From a virus: a stretch of DNA of 64,000 nt. The position numbers were made by a program, and so were the translations under genes. Below the pieces are notes generated by a model, which made no database searches, was not told the origin of the DNA, and saw nothing but the letters and a program-made list of their open reading frames with translations. Position 1 is the first letter of the stretch. Each line of letters starts with the position of its first letter. Positions 29,468 to 39,641 of the stretch are shown here, piece after piece. Location of the stretch: positions 1-64,000 of the IMG/VR virus record IMGVR_UViG_3300024348_000023. One strand, written 5' to 3'.

Positions 29468-31837
29468 ATGTCATATGCTCCAATTAGATTTGCAGGACCT
29501 TCTTTAATCCCAGCATCTCCAGCTAAAATTTACACAGCTGTATCTACAATAATCATTAAAGAATTTACCGTAACAAATTTTAGCGGTTCAACTTTGCCGT
29601 TCAGCATATTTTTATTAGGTGAAAATGGCGATCAAGTAATTAATCTTTATGGTGTAAATAGATCTAGTTTGGATCCCTATACACTTTATGGAAATGTAAA
29701 TGTACAAAATAACACAACACTTAAACTAGAACATTCATTAATTTTAAATGCTGGAGAGTCAATTGCAGCAGTTACAACAACACCAAATTGCTACTCATTA
29801 ACAATATCTGGAGTTGATCTTTCAGGTACACTTTCAGGTGGAGGATCAGGCGGAGGAACAACAGGAGCATCAGGAGCAGGTTATTCAGATATTACTTCAA
29901 TAACAACAAATGCTGTAACAACAGGATCAAAAGTATTTTATGTAAATAATAGCGGGGCTTATACTGCAGGACAACGTGTGCGTGTAATTAATCCACTTGC
30001 ACTAACAACTTATGTTGAGGGTACAATTACACAAGTTGTAAAAAATGTAAGTATAACTGTAGCAGTAGATGCAAAAAATGGAACAGGTACTTATTCTGAT
30101 TGGGTATTTGCTGTAACTGGAAATCCAGGAGTTAATGGCACAATTGGAGTTAATGGTGCAGCTGGCCCAACTGGTCCAACTGGAGCAGCGGGAGCAACAG
30201 GCCCAACTGGTTCTACAGGCGCAACTGGACAAGGACTGACACTTCAAAATGTTGTTGCTAACGTTGGAGCACTACCAACAACAGCACCACTTGGCGCAGC
30301 ATATATAATTTCATCAACTCAAGAAATTTATATTTATAGTGGGCTTGCCTGGGTAAATGGTGGTACATACAAGGGGCCAACAGGTTCTACTGGGCCAACA
30401 GGTTCTACTGGGCCAACAGGATCAACAGGAGCAACTGGCGCAGCTGGAAGATCAATTAATGTTAAAGGCACAAAAGCCAATGTTGCAGCTTTACCATCTT
30501 CAGGAAATGTTTCTGGAGATTCATGGATTGTTTTAACAGACTTACACTTGTATGTTTGGGATGGAACAGCTTGGTTAGATGCTGGGCAGTTCCAGGGCCC
30601 AACAGGTGCAACTGGACCAGCAACGATATCTATTGGAACAGTTACCACTACAGGACCAACAGGCGTTGCATCTATAACAAATTCTGGTTCAGGCACAGTT
30701 GGAGTTTTTGATTTTGTTTTACCACAAGGACCAGTAGGAGCAACTGGAGCAACTGGAAATGCTGCAACTGTCGCAATAGGAACTATAACATCTACTGGGC
30801 CAACTGGAATTCCTTCTGTTACAAATGTTGGAACACCAACAGCAGCACTTCTAGACTTTTTATTAAAACAAGGTCCAACAGGCCCAACAGGTCCAGCAGG
30901 TCCAACAACCATAACAATTGGATCGGTAACCCCAACAGGCCCAACAGGTGTTCCAGGGATAACAAATTCAGGTACTACAACAGATCTTGTTTTAAATTTC
31001 ACACTAGCACAAGGTCCAACAGGTGCAGTAGGAGCTACAGGACCTACAGGTGCAGCAAGCACAGCAGTAGGCCCAACTGGCCCAGCAGGTGTCACAGGTC
31101 CTACAGGTGCAACAGGAACAGCTGGGGCTGATGGAACATCAGTAAGAATATTAGGCACCTATGCATCAGAAGCTGCACTTAACGCAGCACGTCCAACAGG
31201 AACATTGGGTGACGGATACTTAATTACTGGACAACTTTATGTTTGGACGGGATCTGCTTGGGTAAATGTTGGAAGCATTCAAGGCCCAACAGGCTCAACA
31301 GGGCCAACAGGTGCATCTATTACAGGGCCAACAGGCCCAGCAGGCGCAACAGGTGCAACTGGCTCAAACGGCTCTAGCATTCAGGGACCAACAGGTCCAG
31401 CAGGTGCAACGGGCCCAGCGGGACCAACAGGTGCAACAGGTGCAACTGGGTCAGGCTTACAGGGACCAACAGGTCCTACAGGCGCAACAGGGCCTTCTGG
31501 AGGACCAACTGGCCCTACTGGAGTAAGTATTGTACAGAATTTCCAGGTAACAAATAGCGGTTCAAGCGGATATTCTGTTGATGGAACAAACAATAAAGCT
31601 TTAACATTAGTAAGAGGCCAAACATATTTCTTTACTATAAATGCTGCAGGACACCCGTTCTGGATTAAAACAACACAATCTACAGGCACAGGTAACCAGT
31701 ATAATACTGGAGTAACTAATAACGGATCTGAAGTTGGTGGAATTACATTTACTGTTGACGCAACTGCCCCAAATACGTTATACTATATTTGTCAGTTCCA
31801 CTCTTCAATGACAGGTGCCATAAATATAATTGGCTAA
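29468..31837 (+). CDS. collagen-like fibre protein with C-terminal cupredoxin-like domain
   Basis: Interrupted GPT/GAT collagen runs; GHPFWI...[13 protein letters not shown]. Confidence 0.8.
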   Translation: MSYAPIRFAGPSLIPASPAKIYTAVSTIIIKEFTVTNFSGSTLPFSIFLLGENGDQVINLYGVNRSSLDPYTLYGNVNVQNNTTLKLEHSLILNAGESIAAVTTTPNCYSLTISGVDLSGTLSGGGSGGGTTGASGAGYSDITSITTNAVTTGSKVFYVNNSGAYTAGQRVRVINPLALTTYVEGTITQVVKNVSITVAVDAKNGTGTYSDWVFAVTGNPGVNGTIGVNGAAGPTGPTGAAGATGPTGSTGATGQGLTLQNVVANVGALPTTAPLGAAYIISSTQEIYIYSGLAWVNGGTYKGPTGSTGPTGSTGPTGSTGATGAAGRSINVKGTKANVAALPSSGNVSGDSWIVLTDLHLYVWDGTAWLDAGQFQGPTGATGPATISIGTVTTTGPTGVASITNSGSGTVGVFDFVLPQGPVGATGATGNAATVAIGTITSTGPTGIPSVTNVGTPTAALLDFLLKQGPTGPTGPAGPTTITIGSVTPTGPTGVPGITNSGTTTDLVLNFTLAQGPTGAVGATGPTGAASTAVGPTGPAGVTGPTGATGTAGADGTSVRILGTYASEAALNAARPTGTLGDGYLITGQLYVWTGSAWVNVGSIQGPTGSTGPTGASITGPTGPAGATGATGSNGSSIQGPTGPAGATGPAGPTGATGATGSGLQGPTGPTGATGPSGGPTGPTGVSIVQNFQVTNSGSSGYSVDGTNNKALTLVRGQTYFFTINAAGHPFWIKTTQSTGTGNQYNTGVTNNGSEVGGITFTVDATAPNTLYYICQFHSSMTGAINIIG

Positions 31838-31855
31838 ATAAAAGTCAGGATGTAA

Positions 31856-32917
31856 ATGAAAATAGCAGTATACACAATTGCTTTAAATGAAGAGCAATTT
31901 GTTGAGCGTTGGTACGAGTCTGCAAAATATGCTGACTGTTTATTAATTGCAGACACAGGCTCTACAGATAAAACAAAAGAAATAGCATCAAAACTTGGTA
32001 TAGAAGTTCATTCTATATCCGTGGCTCCCTGGCGATTTGATGATGCTAGAAATGCAGCACTTGCATTAATTCCTTCAGATATAGATTACTGCATATCTTT
32101 AGATATGGATGAGATATTATCAGAAGGTTGGCGGGAAGAATTAGAAAAACTGCCATCTACAGTAACAAGACCAATACATAGGCTTGTAACATCATTTGAT
32201 GAAAATGGAATTCCAGGCGTTGAGTTTGATGCATTAAGAATTCACTCAAGACATGGACATCGGTGGAAATATCCAATTCATGAATCTGTTGCATTTTATG
32301 GCATAGATGAAGTAAGACAGGATGTGGATATTAAAATATTTCACCATCCAGATAATAATAAATCTAGAGGACAGTACTTGCCTTTGCTGCAAATGGCAGC
32401 ACAAGAAGATCCAACAAGCGATAGATGTGCTCATTATTATGCAAGAGAATTGTACTACTATGCCAGGTATGAAGATGCAGCAGCAGAATTTAAAAGACAT
32501 TTATCGCTGCCTTCCGCATTCTGGAAACCAGAAAGATGTGAGTCAATGCGCTACATTGCAAAGTGTGAGCCTAACGATAGAGAGTATTGGCTTAGACTGG
32601 CTATTGCAGAGTGTCCAGAAAGAAGAGAGCCTTTTGTAGATCTTGCTCAATATTTTTATGAGCTTAAAGAGTGGGATAGAGTAAAAGAGTACTCACAGCT
32701 TGCCTTGAATATAAAAGAAAAATTCTTGGGTTATTTTTGTGAAACAGATGCTTGGGGCTGGAAGCCTCATGATCTAATGGCTTTGGCCAACTACAATTTA
32801 GGGCTAGATGAAGAGGCATTACTTCATGGTAAAATTGCATTAGATCTTAATAATGATGATAGGCTAAAAAAGAATGTAGAATTCTACGAGCTAGCCTTGT
32901 CAAACAATGGAGAGTAA
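31856..32917 (+). CDS. glycosyltransferase family 2 with C-terminal TPR-like helices
   Basis: IALNEE, DTGSTD, FDDARN, LDMDE (DxD), W..PIHE, then a helical repeat region. Confidence 0.85.
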   Translation: MKIAVYTIALNEEQFVERWYESAKYADCLLIADTGSTDKTKEIASKLGIEVHSISVAPWRFDDARNAALALIPSDIDYCISLDMDEILSEGWREELEKLPSTVTRPIHRLVTSFDENGIPGVEFDALRIHSRHGHRWKYPIHESVAFYGIDEVRQDVDIKIFHHPDNNKSRGQYLPLLQMAAQEDPTSDRCAHYYARELYYYARYEDAAAEFKRHLSLPSAFWKPERCESMRYIAKCEPNDREYWLRLAIAECPERREPFVDLAQYFYELKEWDRVKEYSQLALNIKEKFLGYFCETDAWGWKPHDLMALANYNLGLDEEALLHGKIALDLNNDDRLKKNVEFYELALSNNGE

Positions 32918-34677
32918 TGTCATATCGCTTAAAGGTAATAAAAGATAGCCCTATTGGTTTCTGGATGCTTGATGAATCATCAAGCAGTACAGTGGCTATG
33001 GATTATTCTGGTTGCAATAATAATGGATCGTATACAGGTTCTCCTGCAACAAACATGTTGCCTTTAGTAACAGGCGGAGGATCAGGTACAAAAATTACTA
33101 ACTCAGCATATGTAACTTTTCCATTAACAAACAACTATTATACAAGCACAACAACACCTGGGATGGCAACTAAATACTCATCCGATAACGATTTTACTAT
33201 TGAATGCTGGATTAATCAATCAATTAAGTCTAGCTCAAAAACAATATTGTTTGCTGACGATACAAACAAGATTGGTCTGTATTGGGATAACGGAGATATT
33301 GTTTTTAACATTTCTCAAAATGATGAAATTAGATACCCAGTCACTTACTCAAAAAGATCAATGCATATAGTAGGAGTTTATTCTATATCTTCATTTTCCT
33401 TATATGTTGATGCAAGGCTTGTTGCAACAAAAGCATTATCTCCAGAATTTAAATTTACAAATACATCAATATCTTTGACATCAGGACCTACATCTAGCGC
33501 ATTAGATTCTTTTGTGTTTGATGCTCCAGCAGTATATAGATATTCTTTATCTCCTCAGTCTATATTAAATCATTACAATGCAGGAAGCGTTTCTGCCTCA
33601 GCAATACAAATTGTAGCTCCAGACGAAGGCGTACTATTTTCTGGAACAGACGCATCTATAAGAGCTCAGTTTCAATACTCCTATCCTATAAATAGAAGGT
33701 GGACTGAGTTTCTGGATGAAAATACTTATTATGATGAAAATGCAGGTTATATTTCTTTTTACAAAACAGATACCTCTACATCAAGAACTTTTGTAATTAA
33801 TGATTTTCTTATGGTTCCAAGCGGTATACCTTATACAACTTCTAAGGTGGAGTGGAGAAATGATTTAAATATTTCTGTTGAGTCCAGCGTAGATGGAACG
33901 TCCTGGTCAAATTGCACAAATGGAATGCCTCTGCCTCAGTATACAAAAGATTCGTTTAGCACAACAGGCTTAGTCTATATTAGAATAACAATGACAACAC
34001 CTGATGCAAGCAAGTATCTTCCAAGGCTTGCTTATTTTGCTATTAGTTTTTATACAAACAAAGACGTATATGCAGATAATGGGGGATACAAAATAACCTC
34101 TCCCACAGAATACTATATAGGCTCATTAAATTATCCTGTGCTTTCAAGACATTACGATAATGGAATTAGAACAAAGCCAGGGTCTGGATTTAACCTGTCC
34201 GCTTCTTCTAACGTGCATGCCATAGAAATGCTTTTTACGCCCTCTACAAGCGCCGCTAACACCCTTATATATATTCCCGCAAGTGGATCTGTGGCAGAAA
34301 CAAAGTATGCCTGGAATGGCTCAGGAACGGTTTCTAAGGCCAATGTGCTAGAAGTATTTGTAAATGGTGTAGACAGGACGGCAGCAACAAATATAAGCTC
34401 ATTCCTAGTTCCAGAAGAAATTCACCATATTGTAATTACTTTAGCTAGCCCAATAAAGGGAGATATACAGTTTAATTATTTAGTATCTGGTGGACCAACG
34501 TGTCTATATAACAATATAGCTGTATATCCAGACGATATAACTCAGCAGATTGCAATAAACCACTACAACCTATATATCGGAAAAATAATAACATCAGTAT
34601 CCGATCCGTCCATTGTTGTAACAGAAAAGCCATTCAAGGCTTACAATAATGACTGGATAGTGTTACAAAGTATATAA
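32917..34677 (+). CDS. LamG/ConA-like domain virion protein
   Basis: PIGFWMLDE, FTIECWIN, HIVGVY, LYVD, AVYRYSLS...HYNAG. Confidence 0.75.
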   Translation: MSYRLKVIKDSPIGFWMLDESSSSTVAMDYSGCNNNGSYTGSPATNMLPLVTGGGSGTKITNSAYVTFPLTNNYYTSTTTPGMATKYSSDNDFTIECWINQSIKSSSKTILFADDTNKIGLYWDNGDIVFNISQNDEIRYPVTYSKRSMHIVGVYSISSFSLYVDARLVATKALSPEFKFTNTSISLTSGPTSSALDSFVFDAPAVYRYSLSPQSILNHYNAGSVSASAIQIVAPDEGVLFSGTDASIRAQFQYSYPINRRWTEFLDENTYYDENAGYISFYKTDTSTSRTFVINDFLMVPSGIPYTTSKVEWRNDLNISVESSVDGTSWSNCTNGMPLPQYTKDSFSTTGLVYIRITMTTPDASKYLPRLAYFAISFYTNKDVYADNGGYKITSPTEYYIGSLNYPVLSRHYDNGIRTKPGSGFNLSASSNVHAIEMLFTPSTSAANTLIYIPASGSVAETKYAWNGSGTVSKANVLEVFVNGVDRTAATNISSFLVPEEIHHIVITLASPIKGDIQFNYLVSGGPTCLYNNIAVYPDDITQQIAINHYNLYIGKIITSVSDPSIVVTEKPFKAYNNDWIVLQSI

Positions 34678-34703
34678 TTCTGTCACACTAGTTGACAAAA
34701 AGC

Positions 34704-34732
34704 TGGACTTGAGTAGATAATAATGGTAAAAT
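34704..34732 (+). promoter_or_regulatory. promoter of the head operon, probably leaderless
   Basis: TGGACT-N17-TAAAAT with extended TG; ATG 8 nt downstream. Confidence 0.6.
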
Positions 34733-34740
34733 AAAGACCT

Positions 34741-35082
34741 ATGGATATTAATAACACTAAGTATAAAGTACTTGATGAAGAGAGCACACTAGGCATCTAT
34801 GTCTGGGAGATGCCAGACGGACGTTGGATTGGAGACGATGATGGGAATTTTCTTTCAGTCACGTCAAAAAAGAACAACCGATCAAGAATGGATGCTTTGG
34901 CTAGAGAAGTTCGCTCATACGGTATTTATGAGGGCCAACCTAAATTCCTTTCTGCAAGAAGAAAAATTGATGACGAAGAATTTGAATACCAAAAACAAAG
35001 ACTAAACTGGGGATTAATTCCAGACCCTATGGATATTGGTAATTACAAAGATGAAATGAAAAAGATGGGTGGCATGAGATGA
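34741..35082 (+). CDS. hypothetical protein preceding the portal
   Basis: 113 aa, ATGA overlap with portal. Confidence 0.75.
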   Translation: MDINNTKYKVLDEESTLGIYVWEMPDGRWIGDDDGNFLSVTSKKNNRSRMDALAREVRSYGIYEGQPKFLSARRKIDDEEFEYQKQRLNWGLIPDPMDIGNYKDEMKKMGGMR

Positions 35083-36653
35083 TTGAATTTCAAGAAGAAG
35101 ACGGAAGCACAATTGATATATCAAACACAGCAGACTGGTTTTCTTTTAAAAAAGAGCAACCAACAAATGACCCATTTTCTATAAGCGGAGATGACCTAAG
35201 AAAAGTCAGAGGTTTGGGAGCATCTTTTAAGAGAAAGATTAATCGAGAATTCTCAAAATCATTTACAGGAATTGAAGGCGTAGGCACACAACAAAATCTT
35301 CTTGCACAAGCTATTAGCGGCTATGCAATGTTTGATCTTATTGAACCACCATACAATCAAGAATATCTGTCTAAAATCTATGAGGTCTCAACATATAATT
35401 ATGCAGCAATCAATGCAAAGGTTGCTAACATTGTTGGATTAGGCTATGACTTTATTGAAACAAAAAAGACAAACGATGCATTTGATTCAATTACAGATGA
35501 AAAGCAATTAGAAAGAGCCCGTAAGAAGCTTAACAAGCTGCGTCAAGATTTGCACTCATGGCTTGATACAACAAATGAAGAGGATACCTTTACTCAAACA
35601 CTAATTAAGGTTTATACAGATTTAGAAGCAACAGGCAATGGCTACATTGAAATAGGAAGAACAACAGGCGGAAACATTGGATATATTGGGCATATTCCCG
35701 CAAAGACAATGCGTGTTCGCAGATTAAGAGATGGTTTTATTCAATTGCTTTATGGTAAGGCAGTTTTCTTTAATAATTTTGGTGATTCAGAAACAGAAAA
35801 TCCTATTGCTGGACAAGAAGACCGACCAAATGAAATTATTCATTTAAAGAAATATACACCAATGAACAATTACTATGGCGTTCCAGATATTGTAGCAGCA
35901 CAAGTCGCCCTAACTGGTAATGAATTTTCTGGAAGATACAACCTAGACTATTTTGAAAACAAGGCGGTCCCAAGATATATCATTACAGTAAAGGGAGCAA
36001 AGCTTTCACCAGAGTCAGAAAGAAAGCTTCTTGAGTTTTTCCAAGTTGGCCTTAAGGGCAAAAATCATAGATCCCTCTATGTACCACTGCCATCAGATAC
36101 TCCAGACTCAAAGGTTGAGTTTAAGATGGAGCCAATTGAAGCGGGCAATCAAGAAGGCTCATTTGAAAAGTATCGTAAATCAAATAGAGATGAAATACTT
36201 CTTGCTCACCGTGTACCAATTAATAAGATTGGAACCCCAGAAGGAGTTAATTTAGCAGTTGCTCGTGATGCAGATAAGACATTTAAAGAGCAGGTTTGCC
36301 GTCCAGCACAAATGATTTTAGAAAAGAAAATCAATAAAATATTTGACGAGAAGACAGATGCCTTAATATTAAAGTTTAATGAGCTGACATTGACCGATGA
36401 AGATACTCAGTCTAAAATTGATGAGAGATATTTACGCATGCAGGTTATTACGCCTAATGAGGTTAGAATCAGAAAGGGCATGATTCCAATTGATGGTGGA
36501 GACCAGGTTGTTGAATTAAAGCCACAAGCAGCAGCAGAAGCAAAAGCCCAAGCTGGAAATACCAGACAAAGATCACAAGATCGCCAAGCAACCGCTCCAG
36601 ATGTCTCTGGAGAAGGCAGAAATGCCAAGGGTGATGGCAGACAAGTTGACTAA
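35079..36653 (+). CDS. portal protein
   Basis: DLEATGNGYIEI, NEIIHLK..P..YYGVP, ILLAHRVP, ITPNEVR; first in the head module. Confidence 0.9.
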   Translation: MIEFQEEDGSTIDISNTADWFSFKKEQPTNDPFSISGDDLRKVRGLGASFKRKINREFSKSFTGIEGVGTQQNLLAQAISGYAMFDLIEPPYNQEYLSKIYEVSTYNYAAINAKVANIVGLGYDFIETKKTNDAFDSITDEKQLERARKKLNKLRQDLHSWLDTTNEEDTFTQTLIKVYTDLEATGNGYIEIGRTTGGNIGYIGHIPAKTMRVRRLRDGFIQLLYGKAVFFNNFGDSETENPIAGQEDRPNEIIHLKKYTPMNNYYGVPDIVAAQVALTGNEFSGRYNLDYFENKAVPRYIITVKGAKLSPESERKLLEFFQVGLKGKNHRSLYVPLPSDTPDSKVEFKMEPIEAGNQEGSFEKYRKSNRDEILLAHRVPINKIGTPEGVNLAVARDADKTFKEQVCRPAQMILEKKINKIFDEKTDALILKFNELTLTDEDTQSKIDERYLRMQVITPNEVRIRKGMIPIDGGDQVVELKPQAAAEAKAQAGNTRQRSQDRQATAPDVSGEGRNAKGDGRQVD

Positions 36654-36670
36654 CTTTACTCAACTGTTAT

Positions 36671-36699
36671 TTGCCTTTTTATATATAAGTCGCTAAAAT
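36671..36699 (+). promoter_or_regulatory. promoter, probably leaderless
   Basis: TTGCCT-N17-TAAAAT; ATG 7 nt downstream. Confidence 0.65.
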
Positions 36700-36706
36700 T
36701 AAGCAT

Positions 36707-38062
36707 ATGAATATTGAAAAGTCTTTGTGGTCCAGTCATGGCGACAACATCAGTCTATCGGTTCCCTTTACTAAGGTTAACCGTGAAAAAAGAACGGTGT
36801 CTGGATTTGCCACATTAGATAACGTTGACCAAACAGGTGACGTTGTTACAGCAGAAGCAAGCATGAAAGCTTTTGAAAATTTCAGAGGGAACCTTCGTGA
36901 GATGCATAATTCTGTTGCTGTTGGAAAAGTTGTTTCTTTTAAACCAGAAACTTATTATGATCCAACTACAAAAAAGTTTTATAATGGCGTTTATGTAGAT
37001 GCTTATATTTCAAAGGGTGCACAAGATACATGGGAAAAGGTTCTTGACGGAACTCTTTCAGGTTTTTCAATTGGCGGAAAGATTAATGATTCAGATAAAG
37101 AAGTTAATAAGTCAAACGGTCAAACAGTAAGATTTATTAAGGATTACGATCTAATTGAACTTTCTATTGTTGATTCACCAGCAAACGAACTATGCAATAT
37201 CATTTCTATTCAAAAAGTAAATGGTGCATTGATGTTTAAAGGAATTGCAACTGAAGTTACAACTGAAAATATTTTTTATTGTGAAGATAGTAATTCTGTT
37301 TTTATCTCAACAGAAAAAACATATGACTCACCAGTATCTGGAAAGCCAGCTCAACTAATTGGTTGGGTTGAAAGTTCAGATATTAATAAGTCAAAAGAGA
37401 TTGATAAGATTCTTGATGCATATAAGCACTCAAGATTTACGTTGCCTGATACACAAATAGCAAAACAGGCAAACGCAGAAGGAGGTAATGAAGTGTCAGA
37501 AAATACAGAAAACGTAGTTGTCGAAGATGCAGCAGTCGAAGCAGCAGCTGAAGCAGTAGCACCAGAAGCAACCGTAGAAGAGACAGCAGTAGTTGCAGAT
37601 GATGCAGCACCTGCAGTCGAAGATGCTCCTGCAGAAGAAGCAGCAGCAGAAGACACAACTGCCGAGACTCTGGAAAAAGCAGCCGACGTATCAGAAGATA
37701 AGGTTGATGAACCTGATTTTGCAAAGATGTTAGGCGATCTAAAAGGCTTTTTTTCAGAAACTCTAAACAAGGCATCAGAAGTTAATGCAGCACAAGTAAC
37801 AACAATCCAAGAGACTGTTGAAGCTTTTAGCAAGAGCGTAGATGCTAGAATTTCAGAGTTGGCAGAACAACACACAGTGCTTTCAAGCGCTGTAAAAGAT
37901 ATCAAGAGCACGATTGATGGTGTACAAAAGCGTGTCGATGCAGTAGAGTCCGAGACTGCAATTAAGAAGTCTTCTGATCTTGGCCGATCAGAGGAAGTAA
38001 CAATCAAGAAATCTAAATGGAACGGTTCTTTCCTCGGTTCCGTGAACGAAATATTTAACTAA
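36707..38062 (+). CDS. HK97-type prohead protease fused to an acidic scaffold domain
   Basis: VSGFAT..NVD..GD, LREMH, LSGFSIGG, ELSIVDSPAN; Ala/Glu-rich and coiled-coil C-terminus. Confidence 0.88.
   Translation: MNIEKSLWSSHGDNISLSVPFTKVNREKRTVSGFATLDNVDQTGDVVTAEASMKAFENFRGNLREMHNSVAVGKVVSFKPETYYDPTTKKFYNGVYVDAYISKGAQDTWEKVLDGTLSGFSIGGKINDSDKEVNKSNGQTVRFIKDYDLIELSIVDSPANELCNIISIQKVNGALMFKGIATEVTTENIFYCEDSNSVFISTEKTYDSPVSGKPAQLIGWVESSDINKSKEIDKILDAYKHSRFTLPDTQIAKQANAEGGNEVSENTENVVVEDAAVEAAAEAVAPEATVEETAVVADDAAPAVEDAPAEEAAAEDTTAETLEKAADVSEDKVDEPDFAKMLGDLKGFFSETLNKASEVNAAQVTTIQETVEAFSKSVDARISELAEQHTVLSSAVKDIKSTIDGVQKRVDAVESETAIKKSSDLGRSEEVTIKKSKWNGSFLGSVNEIFN
37493..38062 (+). CDS. putative nested scaffolding protein (in-frame internal start)
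   Basis: GGAGG at 37481-37485, in-frame GTG 7 nt later, at the start of the acidic domain. Confidence 0.55.
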   Translation: MSENTENVVVEDAAVEAAAEAVAPEATVEETAVVADDAAPAVEDAPAEEAAAEDTTAETLEKAADVSEDKVDEPDFAKMLGDLKGFFSETLNKASEVNAAQVTTIQETVEAFSKSVDARISELAEQHTVLSSAVKDIKSTIDGVQKRVDAVESETAIKKSSDLGRSEEVTIKKSKWNGSFLGSVNEIFN

Positions 38063-38077
38063 GGTAGGTAAAATAAT

Positions 38078-39127
38078 ATGAGCAATGAACTATTAGAAAA
38101 AGCAGCCGCAGCTGGTGCAACAGTATCAACTGGATTTGGCTCAACAACTGGTGGAACAGGAGTACACAGAGCTTCCGAAAACGGAAACGGTGGACTACTT
38201 AACCCAGAACAATCTGCTCGCTTCCTAGACTATATGTTCGACGCAACCGTAATCGGTAAGGTTGCCCGCACAGTTAGACTTAAGGCAGACACAGCAGAGA
38301 TTGACCGCATGTCAATTGGCGAGAAGCTTATGCGCCTCGCATCAGAAGGAGAAAACACTGGTGAAAACAGTGCAGTAACTTTCTCAAAGATCTCTTTGAC
38401 AACAAAGAAGCTTCGTATGGACTGGGAGCTTTCAACAGAGTCTCTAGAAGACAACATTGAAGGTGCAGACCTTGAAGATCACATTGCCCGCTTGATGGCA
38501 ACACAAGCAGGAAATGACATCGAAGATGTTATCCTTAACGGAAACACAGCTCTAACAGGAGATGCTCTTTACAAGTCATTTGATGGCGTTGTAAAGAAGG
38601 CAAAGGCATCAGGACGTGTCGTAGACGCAAACGGTGCTGGAGTTTCTCGTGAAGTATTCAACAAGGCACTTAAGGCTATGCCACGTAAGTACAAGCAGCG
38701 TCGTGGAGACCTTCGCTTCCTTGCTGGATCAAACTTGATTCAAGACTTCCTATATGCTAACAGCATTGGAACAAATCAGACAATTCCACAAGATATCGCT
38801 TCAAGCGTTATCCGTGGAGGAGTTGCACCACTAGGTGGACCTGCAGGATATGTGGCACCATTCGCATTTGGTATTCCAATTGTTGAAGTTCCACTTCTTC
38901 CAGAGACACAAGCTGGAGATTACTCAGGACAAACTGGTTCACACGGAGATATCCACTTGACATTCCCAAATAACGTAGTTATTGGTATCAAGCGTGATGT
39001 AACTGTTTACCGTTTCTTCTGGCCACGTAAGGACTCAATCGAGTACACAATGTACACACGTGTTGGCGTCCAGATCGAACAAGCTGATGCTTGGGTAGTC
39101 GTAAAGAACGTTAAGGTTGCTTCTTAA
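38078..39127 (+). CDS. major capsid protein (HK97 fold)
   Basis: GGLLNPEQ..RF, LEDNIEG, ILNG, FGIPIVEVP; follows protease. Confidence 0.9.
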   Translation: MSNELLEKAAAAGATVSTGFGSTTGGTGVHRASENGNGGLLNPEQSARFLDYMFDATVIGKVARTVRLKADTAEIDRMSIGEKLMRLASEGENTGENSAVTFSKISLTTKKLRMDWELSTESLEDNIEGADLEDHIARLMATQAGNDIEDVILNGNTALTGDALYKSFDGVVKKAKASGRVVDANGAGVSREVFNKALKAMPRKYKQRRGDLRFLAGSNLIQDFLYANSIGTNQTIPQDIASSVIRGGVAPLGGPAGYVAPFAFGIPIVEVPLLPETQAGDYSGQTGSHGDIHLTFPNNVVIGIKRDVTVYRFFWPRKDSIEYTMYTRVGVQIEQADAWVVVKNVKVAS

Positions 39128-39142
39128 TTAGAATTAACCCTA

Positions 39143-39179
39143 GAAAGGCCCCCAATTAATTTTGGGGGCTTTTCATTTT
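39143..39179 (+). terminator. intrinsic terminator after the capsid gene
   Basis: GAAAGGCCCCCAA-loop-TTGGGGGCTTTTC then ATTTT. Confidence 0.8.
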
Positions 39180-39223
39180 AATTTAACAATGCTATAATTG
39201 AAGAACCTAACAAAGGAGAATAT

Positions 39224-39631
39224 ATGTCATTTGAGACATTAAAAGTTGCAGAACTCAGAAAAATTGCAGAGGACTTTGCAGTTGATACTGATGGAATTAA
39301 GAACAAGGCAGACGTTATTGCCGCACTTGCCGAAGAGGGCGTAACATGGTCTGTATATCAAAAGACAATTAAAGATGTTGAAGAGGCGGCTGAAGAGTTT
39401 GCTGAAACAGAAGAAATCCTTCCTAGATTTGATCCAAAGTCAGATAAGCCAGAGGACACAGTTCTAGTTAGAATGACTAGAGAAAATTATAGATACGATA
39501 TAGTTGGATACACTTTTACAAAGGAGCACCCTTTTGTTGCAATGACAGAAGAAGATGCTCAGAAAATTTTTGACAAGGAGGAAGGTTTCCGCATAGCAAC
39601 CCCTAAAGAAGTTCAGGATTACTACGCTTAA
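39224..39631 (+). CDS. protein with Rho-N/HeH-like N-terminal domain
   Basis: LKVAELRKIA......KADVIAAL; TGCTATAAT promoter at 39190. Confidence 0.65.
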   Translation: MSFETLKVAELRKIAEDFAVDTDGIKNKADVIAALAEEGVTWSVYQKTIKDVEEAAEEFAETEEILPRFDPKSDKPEDTVLVRMTRENYRYDIVGYTFTKEHPFVAMTEEDAQKIFDKEEGFRIATPKEVQDYYA

Positions 39632-39641
39632 CCTTTATTAA

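Noticed and set aside
37351-38007. 218-aa antisense ORF
   Set aside because: Mirror of the Ala/Glu-rich scaffold coding strand
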